Assembly: GCA_039683575.1 (NCBI GenBank)
Contig: JBDKRC010000324.1
Location: 1-18,228, forward strand
Length of the DNA: 18,228 nt
Direction of reading: 5' to 3'
From: Armatimonadia bacterium
Lineage (GTDB): Bacteria > Armatimonadota > Zipacnadia > Zipacnadales > UBA11051
The position numbers were made by a program, and so were the translations under genes. The notes beneath the pieces are model-generated. The model worked only from the letters and a program-made list of their open reading frames with translations, was not told where the DNA came from and ran no database searches. Positions 6,715 through 14,455 of this stretch are shown piece by piece (positions within the stretch are counted from its first letter, which is position 1; every line of letters begins with the position of its first letter).

Positions 6715-8745
6715 CTATTGCTCTAGCAGCCTCGTTTCCCTGGTCTGCGGGTCCAGGACAACCCGATATGTCTTCCCTCCGGCCTGCGCGATGAAACCTA
6801 CCTTACCATTCTCCGTCAGCCGCGTGATGCCTGCAAACCCCGGCGACGATAGCGGCGAAACCTCTACCAGACTGTAGCGCCGGTACCCGGCCGGATACTC
6901 TCGCAACTCCGGCAGCTTCAGCCCCGCCTTCTGCTCCTCCGTCGGCTCCTGTGCCACGTCCTCGGGCGAGCGCTCCGTGTCCGACAGGCTTAGCTGCCAG
7001 TCCCGCCGGTCCTTCTCACCCAGGGCATAGCGCCTCATACGCTCGACGATCACCTGTGGCAGGTCCGTCGCCCACACCCGCAGGCGCAGGTCGCCACACT
7101 TCCACGTCCCCTTAGCCAGCTGCTCGGCCTCCGCATCCTTTGGGATGATGAACCGGAACTGGTGGCACAACTCCCGCGCCTGATTGGCAGCGGTGGCAGT
7201 GCTGTCGATCAGCCCCACCATTCCCTGCGGCGTCAGCAGCCACACCTCCGCCATCCGCCAGGGCGCCTCCGGCTGCTGCTCACCCCACGTATCAGCGGTC
7301 AGCGCCGGAGAGTACACCGTCCCCAGTGCAATGGCGCTGCCGGCCTGTTGGTGAGTGAACTTCGCCCCATAGCGCCCCAGCGTGCCGAAATCCGGCTCCG
7401 TCTGCCACAGCTTCTCCAGTGGTGCCACCCGCACGTAGGGCCGCGCCAGATGCAGGGCCGAGTACGATCCCAGGTCATCCGCCACCCGCATCGCGCTGGC
7501 CCGCGTATAGGTGAACGACCCGGTCGAATACGTTGCCGACCATCGCCCATACCGCAGCCGCGCGCCGCGGATGTCAGGGTCGAGTATCGTGTACCCATCC
7601 CGCAGCGGCCCTTCCTTGACGGCCTTCAGCCCCATCTGCTGGTAGGCATGCGCCCCCAGCAGCAGGTCTATCCGGTCGTGGCTGGTATTGCGGCGGGCCA
7701 TCTCATTGGCCAGCGCCGCGTTCTCGCCATCCCCGGTGACAGCCGCCACCATCGCGATATGCAGCGGCCAGAACGTCCGCCACTGGTCCTTCCACCAGAT
7801 ATCCGGCCCGCCGTTGAAGATCCCCGGCCACTCCAGATTCAGCGGATAGTACCCGACTGACTTGCGGAAGATCGCCTCCGCCTCCTTGCTCCCCGTCGCC
7901 CACCAGTATAGGTACAGCCCGCGCAGGTTCATCGCGTGGTAGTACATCATCTCGTACTCGCTATGCCCCTCGCCATAGACCTTGTAGCGGTACGGAAACA
8001 TGCCATTGGGCAGTTGGTCGCGCCCGAGCAGATGAACGATCCGGTACGCCATCTGCAGGTACTTCGCCTCGCCGGTAAGCAGCCACCCGCCCACGAACAC
8101 TCCCATCGGGTGCGTGGCCGGGTTCACGTAGGTCTCCGCGCCCTCCAGCAGCTTGTTGTACGCTTCCGGCGTGGTGTTCAGGGCGATGTTGTCCAGCACG
8201 ACCTGCCGCAGCCTCGCCACTCGCTCCGTGCCGATCTTCCCTCGCAGCGCCGGACGGGCCTCGATCTCCACAAGCGGCAGGCTGTAGTCCGTAAAGCCCC
8301 AGGTGTCCAGCCGGTTCGGTTGCCACTTCTCGGCAGCCTTGGGATCGGTGGGCTTGGTCTCAAGCGTCTTGAACAGGGTGTCGAGCCACACCTGGCTCAT
8401 CTGCACCAGCCGCTCCTCACCGCAGAACTTGCTGTCCGGCGACAGATACCCCCAGATTGCCCAGGACAGAAAGCCGGAGCACTTCTCCCACGGCGCCCCC
8501 GCCGCGCTCTGCTGGAGGGCATTGTCCAGCGCTCGCTGCAGGAAAAAGTCGGTCCAGGCCGCGCCGGCATTAGGCTGCCCCGCCGGCGTTCGGACGTTCT
8601 CATCGATGAAGGTCATATGCCAGGGCTTGTCGGGGAGAGGGTCTGAGGGGGTAACGAAGGCATAGCCGCCCGCAGCGGGAGCTTGCGGGCGGCAGGGCGA
8701 GCAGATCAGCAGCAGCACAGGCAACGTACACCAGAGGCGCGTCAT
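6715..8745 (-). CDS. Secreted hypothetical protein, possibly alpha/alpha toroid plus beta-sandwich (heparinase II/III or polysaccharide lyase-like)
   Basis: Start moved to ATG 8745 (GGAGGT at 8752-8757; signal-like MTRLWCTLPVLLLICSPC). Helical half with LLTGEAKYLQMA, QLPNGMF and E..YYH..LRGLYLYWWATG; beta-rich C-terminal half. Function is inferred. Confidence 0.7.
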   Translation of the reverse strand: MTRLWCTLPVLLLICSPCRPQAPAAGGYAFVTPSDPLPDKPWHMTFIDENVRTPAGQPNAGAAWTDFFLQRALDNALQQSAAGAPWEKCSGFLSWAIWGYLSPDSKFCGEERLVQMSQVWLDTLFKTLETKPTDPKAAEKWQPNRLDTWGFTDYSLPLVEIEARPALRGKIGTERVARLRQVVLDNIALNTTPEAYNKLLEGAETYVNPATHPMGVFVGGWLLTGEAKYLQMAYRIVHLLGRDQLPNGMFPYRYKVYGEGHSEYEMMYYHAMNLRGLYLYWWATGSKEAEAIFRKSVGYYPLNLEWPGIFNGGPDIWWKDQWRTFWPLHIAMVAAVTGDGENAALANEMARRNTSHDRIDLLLGAHAYQQMGLKAVKEGPLRDGYTILDPDIRGARLRYGRWSATYSTGSFTYTRASAMRVADDLGSYSALHLARPYVRVAPLEKLWQTEPDFGTLGRYGAKFTHQQAGSAIALGTVYSPALTADTWGEQQPEAPWRMAEVWLLTPQGMVGLIDSTATAANQARELCHQFRFIIPKDAEAEQLAKGTWKCGDLRLRVWATDLPQVIVERMRRYALGEKDRRDWQLSLSDTERSPEDVAQEPTEEQKAGLKLPELREYPAGYRRYSLVEVSPLSSPGFAGITRLTENGKVGFIAQAGGKTYRVVLDPQTRETRLLEQ

Positions 8746-8768
8746 CGGCGAACCTCCGCAAAAAGGCA

Positions 8769-8840
8769 CGTAGTGCGGGCGTCTCACAAACCCGCGTAGT
8801 GCGGGCGGGACGCCCGCATCCCCAGCTGGGATCACACTAC
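8769..8840. repeat. REP-like palindromic doublet (GTAG type)
   Basis: CGTAGTGCGGGCG at 8769-8781 and 8795-8807; perfect hairpin TGCGGGCG-GGA-CGCCCGCA (8800-8818); palindrome CCCAGCTGGG (8821-8830). Confidence 0.6.
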
Positions 8841-9484
8841 CGGATATTGTGCCCGAACAGATCGCCCTCGTTGGCCAGCATGGACTGCAGCCCCCGCCAC
8901 TTCGCATGGCCATCGGCGAAGACGCAGTTGCAGCCATTGTTGTGCCGGCTAGAGATTCCGCCGTGGTACACATCATTCCAGGTCGGCGGGTAACCAGCGT
9001 GGCCTCCCGTACACCACACCACCGGGTTGCCTCCGGCTCCTTCCACTCCGCCCGAGGTTGGCCCGCCCTGCGCGTCGCAAAACAGCATCTTCTCTGCCGG
9101 CATGGTGATCTGGGCCATGGCAACCGGTGCCGCGCCCCAGTTCAGGTCAATGATCAGGTGCTGGATGTTCGCCCCAATGCCTACCGTGGTGCCGGTCTGG
9201 CTCGGGCAGATCCACACCTGCGAGTTCTTGATGTACGGGTTGAGCATCTCGGAAACCGCGTGGAACGTCCCGACCGGGCCCTGGGTGCAGTACCCTACCA
9301 TCTTCTCATCATAGTCCTGCGCATATGAGATCACCGCAATGGCAAGCTGTTTGCAGTTCGACAGACACGAACTCTGCCGCGCCTTCTCACGAGCCTTGGC
9401 AAACACCGGGAACAGGATCGCCGCCAGGATCGCAATGATTGCGATAACCACGAGCAATTCAATCAGCGTAAAGCCCTTGCGCAT
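8837..9484 (-). CDS. DUF1559 / prepilin-type N-terminal cleavage-methylation and H-X9-DG domain protein (copy 2)
   Basis: [64 protein letters not shown] 9484 follows GGGAGGTG. Confidence 0.93.
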   Translation of the reverse strand: MRKGFTLIELLVVIAIIAILAAILFPVFAKAREKARQSSCLSNCKQLAIAVISYAQDYDEKMVGYCTQGPVGTFHAVSEMLNPYIKNSQVWICPSQTGTTVGIGANIQHLIIDLNWGAAPVAMAQITMPAEKMLFCDAQGGPTSGGVEGAGGNPVVWCTGGHAGYPPTWNDVYHGGISSRHNNGCNCVFADGHAKWRGLQSMLANEGDLFGHNIR

Positions 9485-9513
9485 TTCGAACACCTCCCGA
9501 ACGGAATGGTGTG

Positions 9514-10461
9514 TCAGGGCAAAGTCAGTCTCCATACATCATTCATCAGCGGCCACATATTTCCTGCCGCCAGCCATAGACTGTCCTCATACACATAGAT
9601 CGTCGGCTCATGCCGCGGCGACCACATTGGGTCTGATTTGTACTCCTCCCACTTCACCCCATCCGTCGTCGTCCAGCACTCCGCGAAGTTCCTGCTCTCC
9701 CGGTTAGAGAACCCGCCCAGAATCCACAGCTTCCCCGCATACTCCCGCGACACAAACCACATTCGCTCCGCCCATGGCGCATGCTCTAGCACTCTCGTCC
9801 AGTTCGCGCCATCACTTGAGCACCAGACGTCGTTGTAGGTCGTGAACTTCGGGTAATGTTTCTCCGGCGGGTCGCTCGGCACTTGTATGCACCCGCCGCA
9901 CAGCCACAGTTTGCCGCCATACACCGCCACCGCCGACCCGTAGCGGCTCCCAAACGGCGCCTCGGCCGTGACGCACTCCCAGTTCACCCCATCGCGCGTG
10001 TTCCAGACGTCCTTGCCCGACCCCAGTTGCCAGATCTTGCCGTCGAACACCACGCACTCGCCATACCCTCGCGTCCCAAAAGGCGTCCTGTCGAGCACCT
10101 TCGTCCATGCCACGCCGTCGGGTGAGTTCCACACGCTGCTCTTGATCGCCCACAGCCGGTCCTCAAACACGACAAACTCGCTGTACCCGTCATAGGGCGC
10201 CTCCCTCAGCGCCTCCGTCCAGTTCACGCCATCGCTCGAACTCCACAGGTCCCGTACCAGCCCGCCCCCGGCCTGGTAAGCGTTGCTGATCCACATCTTG
10301 CCCGCAAAGACCGCATCCTCAGCAGTGTCGCGCGGACAGAATGCGGCATGCTCGGTCACAAGCTGCCAGTTCGGATGCGCCGGCGCGTTCTGGGCTGAGG
10401 CGTTAGACATGAACATCACTCCCGCAGTAAGCACTGCCGAAAGCAGCGCAAGCTTTCTCAT
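9514..10461 (-). CDS. Secreted Kelch-like beta-propeller protein
   Basis: Signal peptide ending ASA-Q; repeats of G(K/R)(L/M/I)W...(V/L/C)WxSxDGxxW with APWxxR-type linkers; SD GGGAG. Confidence 0.8.
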   Translation of the reverse strand: MRKLALLSAVLTAGVMFMSNASAQNAPAHPNWQLVTEHAAFCPRDTAEDAVFAGKMWISNAYQAGGGLVRDLWSSSDGVNWTEALREAPYDGYSEFVVFEDRLWAIKSSVWNSPDGVAWTKVLDRTPFGTRGYGECVVFDGKIWQLGSGKDVWNTRDGVNWECVTAEAPFGSRYGSAVAVYGGKLWLCGGCIQVPSDPPEKHYPKFTTYNDVWCSSDGANWTRVLEHAPWAERMWFVSREYAGKLWILGGFSNRESRNFAECWTTTDGVKWEEYKSDPMWSPRHEPTIYVYEDSLWLAAGNMWPLMNDVWRLTLP

Positions 10462-10473
10462 CGGGTTAGCTCC

Positions 10474-10830
10474 CTACTTGGCGCGTTTCCTCTCGAGGTA
10501 CTCCTGAATGACTACCGCCTGGTTGTGCTCTTCGTCCTTAGCCGAGTAGACGAGTGTTACGCGGCCCTCTTTGAGATGCTGCTCCACCTGCCCCAGCAAG
10601 TCCTGCTTCTCCGCCAATTCTTTCCGGTATCGCCGCCGGAACTCCTCCCATTTCTCCGGGTCATGCCCGAACCACTTCCGCAGTTCCGTACTCGGCCCCA
10701 ACTCCTTCAGCCACAAGTCAGCTTGCAGCTTCTCCTTCGTCACACCCCGTGGCCACAGCCTGTCCACGAGTACCCGAAACCCGTCCTTCTCCTCCGCCGG
10801 CTCATACGCACGCTTGATTCCTAGTTTCAT
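10474..10830 (-). CDS. yeaO: DUF488 family protein (YeaO-like)
   Basis: IKRAYEP...[17 protein letters not shown]...[29 protein letters not shown]...[17 protein letters not shown]. Confidence 0.93.
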   Translation of the reverse strand: MKLGIKRAYEPAEEKDGFRVLVDRLWPRGVTKEKLQADLWLKELGPSTELRKWFGHDPEKWEEFRRRYRKELAEKQDLLGQVEQHLKEGRVTLVYSAKDEEHNQAVVIQEYLERKRAK

Positions 10831-10935
10831 CCAACCTCAGCCTCCTTCAGCCCCAGTTTCGCCTTCCTGTGGTCCCGCGTGCCTGACGCACGCCTGTTTC
10901 TCAGGCCCACATTCAGTGCCAGCCTTTCCACCATC

Positions 10936-10971
10936 CCCGTCGCCGCCCGTGCCCGTCGCCGCCCCTGCCCG
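10936..10971. repeat. 16-bp tandem repeat, 2.25 copies
   Basis: CCCGTCGCCGCCCGTG / CCCGTCGCCGCCCCTG / CCCG; one mismatch. Confidence 0.7.
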
Positions 10972-10996
10972 CGGTCTGCTCGTCGCCTCTCTCTCC

Positions 10997-11091
10997 AGGC
11001 CCGAAGGGCCGACCGGCCTCTAGCCAGGGCCGCAAGGCCCTGGGTCCCCGCCACCCTCATCTTGAGCCCCGAAGGGGCGACAGCCTCTCGC
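10997..11091. repeat. REP-like triple-hairpin element
   Basis: GGCCC-GAA-GGGCC (10998-11010), CCAGGGCC-GCAA-GGCCCTGG (11024-11043), GCCCC-GAA-GGGGC (11066-11078); both outer hairpins are followed by GAC..GCCTCT. Confidence 0.7.
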
Positions 11092-11102
11092 TCTGACGCT
11101 CC

Positions 11103-12071
11103 CTAGGCCCAAAGCGCCTCCGCCACTCCCTCCGGGTCCGGCCACGGGCTCGCCTCCGCGAACTCCGCCGCCACCCTCATCGCCTCCGCCACCTCCTGCC
11201 GCACTGCCGCAATCTCCTCCGCCTCCATCAAGCCCTCGCCCGTCAGATACTCCTCGAACCGCGCAATCGGGTCCCGGCCCGCCCATTCCTCCAACTCCGC
11301 CCTATCGCGGGTCTCGCGGATCACCATGCAATGGGGCTTCATCCGATACGTCTTGGCCTCCAGCAGATACGGCCCCTTACCCCCGCGCGCATGCCGCACA
11401 GCCACCTGCGCCGCCTCATGCACCGCCAGCACATCATTGCCGTCCACCGTCACCCCCAGGCACCCGTAGCCGTGCGCCAGCTCCGCGATATCCACCACCG
11501 GGCACGAATCCTTCACCGGCGTGGTCGCCGCATAGCAGTTGTTCTCACAGACGAAGACGCAGGGCAAATCCCACAGCGCCGCCAGGTTGAAGCTCTCGTG
11601 GAACGTCCCCTGCTTGCTCGCCCCATCCCCAAAGAAGCAAACCGCCACCTGCCCGGTCTCGTTGTACTGCGCAGTGAAGGCCGCGCCAATCGCCAGCGGC
11701 AACCCCGCGCCCACAATGCCATTTCCACCCAGCAGCCCTAGCTCCGGCGCAAAGATATGCATGGACCCGCCATGCCCGCGCGAGTACCCATCCACCCGCC
11801 CCGAAAGCTCGGCCAACATCCTCCCGGGGTCGGCCCCCTTGGCGATACAATGCCCATGCCCGCGGTGGGTGCTGACCACATAGTCATCAGACCGCAAAGC
11901 CTGACAAACCCCCACAGCAATGGCCTCTTCACCATGATAGGTATGCAAGGCCCCCATGAACACCCCGGCATCCCGCGAGGCGACGTACCGCGCCCCGGCG
12001 GTCTCCTCAAAGCGCCGGATGGAGTGCATGAGGCGGAGCATTTCGCGGAGTTGCTGCACATCAGGATTCAT
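11103..12071 (-). CDS. TPP-dependent 2-oxoacid/acetoin dehydrogenase E1 alpha subunit (PdhA/AcoA-like)
   Basis: IRRFEE, GEEAIAVG, STHRGHGH, GGSMH, GGNGIVGAGLPLA and the TPP-binding GDGA...HESFNLAALWDLP.VFVCENN motif. Confidence 0.92.
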   Translation of the reverse strand: MNPDVQQLREMLRLMHSIRRFEETAGARYVASRDAGVFMGALHTYHGEEAIAVGVCQALRSDDYVVSTHRGHGHCIAKGADPGRMLAELSGRVDGYSRGHGGSMHIFAPELGLLGGNGIVGAGLPLAIGAAFTAQYNETGQVAVCFFGDGASKQGTFHESFNLAALWDLPCVFVCENNCYAATTPVKDSCPVVDIAELAHGYGCLGVTVDGNDVLAVHEAAQVAVRHARGGKGPYLLEAKTYRMKPHCMVIRETRDRAELEEWAGRDPIARFEEYLTGEGLMEAEEIAAVRQEVAEAMRVAAEFAEASPWPDPEGVAEALWA

Positions 12072-12489
12072 CTTCGTCGATCGCCTCCACAGGAATGTCG
12101 GGAAGCTGCCTGAGCACTTCGGCTACTGCCGTCTCATACACAAATGAAGCTATCGCCAACACCGCCTCTACCCGCTGGCGATCAGGCCCGATAATGTCCT
12201 CATATCGTGCCGCGATTGCAAACTCGGTCAGGGCTGCAATCGCATCCCGGCGCTCCGCAAGCGCCTCTGGCAGATCAGGCGACAGTCCCATTAGTTCGTC
12301 AAGGTTGTGTCGGAACGGATAGGCAACTCCCTGCAGGGCCAGCACTGCCTTGATAGCTTTCTCTGTCGCTTGCTGTGCGTGGAAGCAGACGATGTCGGGC
12401 ACCTCGGCATCCGCCAGGAGGCGGCCCGCCACAATATCCTGTCGGGCCTTCTGGAGAAGAACCGCTATCTCTTCAACTCTAGCTGGCAT
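12061..12489 (-). CDS. HEPN domain protein (PF05168-like)
   Basis: KARQDI.A, CFHAQQATEKAIKAVL, HNLDEL and AARY; overlaps the upstream MNT gene by 11 bp. Confidence 0.9.
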   Translation of the reverse strand: MPARVEEIAVLLQKARQDIVAGRLLADAEVPDIVCFHAQQATEKAIKAVLALQGVAYPFRHNLDELMGLSPDLPEALAERRDAIAALTEFAIAARYEDIIGPDRQRVEAVLAIASFVYETAVAEVLRQLPDIPVEAIDEDES

Positions 12490-12796
12490 ATAGCACCTTG
12501 CCCTCCCGAAGCGCCCGGGCCACGACGTGGATTAGCCCGCCTTCCCACTTCGCCGCCTCCTCTGGCGTATACCACAGCACATCCTTCGGCACCGGGATGC
12601 CTCTGAGTGCGCGGTAGATAGGCATCATGCGCGACCCTCTGGGCTGATCTGTAGGCGCGATCACCAGCAGATCAATGTCGCTGTCCTCTCTTGCCTCGCC
12701 GCGCGCATGGCTACCGAACAAGATGATCTTGTCCGGATGCACAGCCTCTACGATCCGCCGCACAATCTCATCCAGTACCTCGTTGATATCCGCCAT
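12479..12796 (-). CDS. Minimal nucleotidyltransferase (MNT) domain protein
   Basis: PDKIILFGSHARGEAREDSDIDLLVI (GSX10DXD) and ALREGKVLY; strong SD AGGAGG. Confidence 0.92.
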   Translation of the reverse strand: MADINEVLDEIVRRIVEAVHPDKIILFGSHARGEAREDSDIDLLVIAPTDQPRGSRMMPIYRALRGIPVPKDVLWYTPEEAAKWEGGLIHVVARALREGKVLYAS

Positions 12797-12819
12797 GACT
12801 CCCTCCTCTCCTGCAGCTT

Positions 12820-13881
12820 CTACCTATCCAGCCGCACCTCGCCCCCAGCCTCCGAACTCCGATACAGCGCGTCCAGAATCGTGATCACATCCAGCGACTG
12901 TTCCGCCGGCACCGGTGACGGCTGCTTGTTGGCCACACACTCCGCGAATACCATGCACTCCAGCGCGTGCGCCTCGGGCCCCTTGACCTCGTTCTGTAGT
13001 TGCGCGTCATAGTGCTGCTTGAGGTCGTTGTCGGTCCACAACAACTCGTTGTTCGGCCAGTGCGACCCGCCCTTATCGCCGTACAGCCACATCTGCATGT
13101 CCTCGCCCGGGCCGGACTTGTGGTTGAGCAGCCAGCTTACCTCCAGCACCAGCGTCGCGCCGGTGTCGAACCGCACCATGGCCGCCGCGAACTCCTCGAC
13201 ATCCCATTCCTTCGGGATCGGCCCGCCCCAGTTGCTGAAGGCCCCCGGCAGTTGTGACAGTTTGTTCTGCGTGATGCCTGACACCGCCACCGGCTTGGGG
13301 AACCCCATCATCCATAGCGTCAGGTCGAGGATATGCACACCGATGTCGATGCACGGCCCGCCGCCTGCGTGCTTCTTCTGGATGAAGCCGACGCGCGTGG
13401 GCGCGCCTGACCGCCGCAGCATCCAGCTCCGCGCGTGGTAGATGTCCCCGAGCCGCCCCTTGTCCACCTCGGCCTTCAGCGCCTGCGCGGTCGGGTTGAA
13501 CCGGAAGTGCTGGGCCGTCATAAGCAGCTTCTTGCTCTTGTTGCGCGCCTTGATCATCTTCTGGATGTCTGCCGGCTTCGGTGCCAGTGGCTTCTCACAG
13601 ATTACATGCTTCCCGGCCTCCATCGCCGCGCAAGCCAGGGGCGAGTGGTACATGTTCGGCGTGCAGATATCGACAATGTCGATGTCCTTATCGGCGATCA
13701 GGTCCTCAGGCTTGGCATAGGTCTTCTTGATCCCCTGTTCCTTCGCCTTAGCCTTCAGAACCGTCGGGTTCAGGTCGCTGAAAGCCACCATCTCCGCCAA
13801 CGGGCTCTGCTTCCACCCGGGAAAATGCGATCCGGCAATCCCGCCCACGCCAATCACGCCTACCTTGAGTGTCTTTGCCAT
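12820..13881 (-). CDS. Gfo/Idh/MocA family NAD(P)-dependent oxidoreductase
   Basis: VGVIGVGGIA Rossmann motif, DIVDICTPN..H, GKHVICEKP and GGGPCIDIGVHILD. Confidence 0.93.
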   Translation of the reverse strand: MAKTLKVGVIGVGGIAGSHFPGWKQSPLAEMVAFSDLNPTVLKAKAKEQGIKKTYAKPEDLIADKDIDIVDICTPNMYHSPLACAAMEAGKHVICEKPLAPKPADIQKMIKARNKSKKLLMTAQHFRFNPTAQALKAEVDKGRLGDIYHARSWMLRRSGAPTRVGFIQKKHAGGGPCIDIGVHILDLTLWMMGFPKPVAVSGITQNKLSQLPGAFSNWGGPIPKEWDVEEFAAAMVRFDTGATLVLEVSWLLNHKSGPGEDMQMWLYGDKGGSHWPNNELLWTDNDLKQHYDAQLQNEVKGPEAHALECMVFAECVANKQPSPVPAEQSLDVITILDALYRSSEAGGEVRLDR

Positions 13882-13918
13882 GTCGTCTGTTGTCCTTTCA
13901 GAATCAATGGAAGATACG

Positions 13919-14455
13919 TCACTTCACAATCGAATAACACCAGGCATCCCGCGGCTCAGCGCTCACGTTCGGATGTATTCCCCATCGCCGCAGCACTCCC
14001 TCGGACTCCATCCCAACCTTCTCCATCACCCGCCGCGACCCCACGTTATCCACATCACAAACCGCCCACACGCGATAGATCTCGGGCTGCGTCAGCGCCC
14101 ATTGCACCACCGCCCGCACCGCCTCGGGCATCAGTCCCTTGCCCCAGTGCGCCCGCGCCAGCACATACCCCACGTCCGCCTTGCACCCCTGAAGGCGCAA
14201 AGCCACCATTCCGAGGCAGCGGTCCTCCTCAGGATACGTCAGCACCCAGCTCAGGTCCTCCCCGACCTCCCACGCCTCAATCCTTCCCCGCAACCACTCC
14301 CGCACCGGCTCAACCTCACTATATGGCGTGAATACCAGATACCGCACAGCCTCCGGGTCCTGTGCATAGCCCTCAAATATCGCCTCCGCATCCTCCACCC
14401 GCGGCTTGCGCAGCACCAGCCGTTCCGTCACAAACCTCTCAGGCGCCATGCTCAT
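13919..14455 (-). CDS. RimJ/RimL-type GNAT N-acetyltransferase
   Basis: TERLVLR, VGYVLARAHWGKGLMPEA and DVDNVGSRRVMEKVGM..EG.LR. Start moved to ATG 14455 (ATGA overlap with the upstream stop). Confidence 0.92.
   Translation of the reverse strand: MSMAPERFVTERLVLRKPRVEDAEAIFEGYAQDPEAVRYLVFTPYSEVEPVREWLRGRIEAWEVGEDLSWVLTYPEEDRCLGMVALRLQGCKADVGYVLARAHWGKGLMPEAVRAVVQWALTQPEIYRVWAVCDVDNVGSRRVMEKVGMESEGVLRRWGIHPNVSAEPRDAWCYSIVK

Noticed and set aside
8746-9123. N-terminal extension of the 802-aa ORF
   Set aside because: Overlaps pilin-like gene 2 and the REP-like element; SD and signal peptide point to ATG 8745.
6041-9484. DGR template/variable pair or recent duplication between the two DUF1559 genes
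   Set aside because: Differences are spread over synonymous sites rather than being adenine-specific, and no reverse transcriptase is present.
10905-10922. Sigma54-like TGGCAC upstream of yeaO
   Set aside because: The -12 position reads GTGG rather than TTGC.
10827-11060. 77-aa minus-strand ORF upstream of yeaO
   Set aside because: Reads through hairpin and tandem repeats, is Arg/Ala-rich, and does not resemble E1-beta or any family I recognise.
10936-11091. Possible mini-CRISPR array or intrinsic terminator
   Set aside because: Only two degenerate copies, no regular spacers or cas genes, and no U-tract after the hairpins.
12807-12815. TCTCCTGCA shared upstream of both MNT genes (also at 5939-5947)
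   Set aside because: Mostly the AGGAG Shine-Dalgarno sequence; too short to imply a shared operator.
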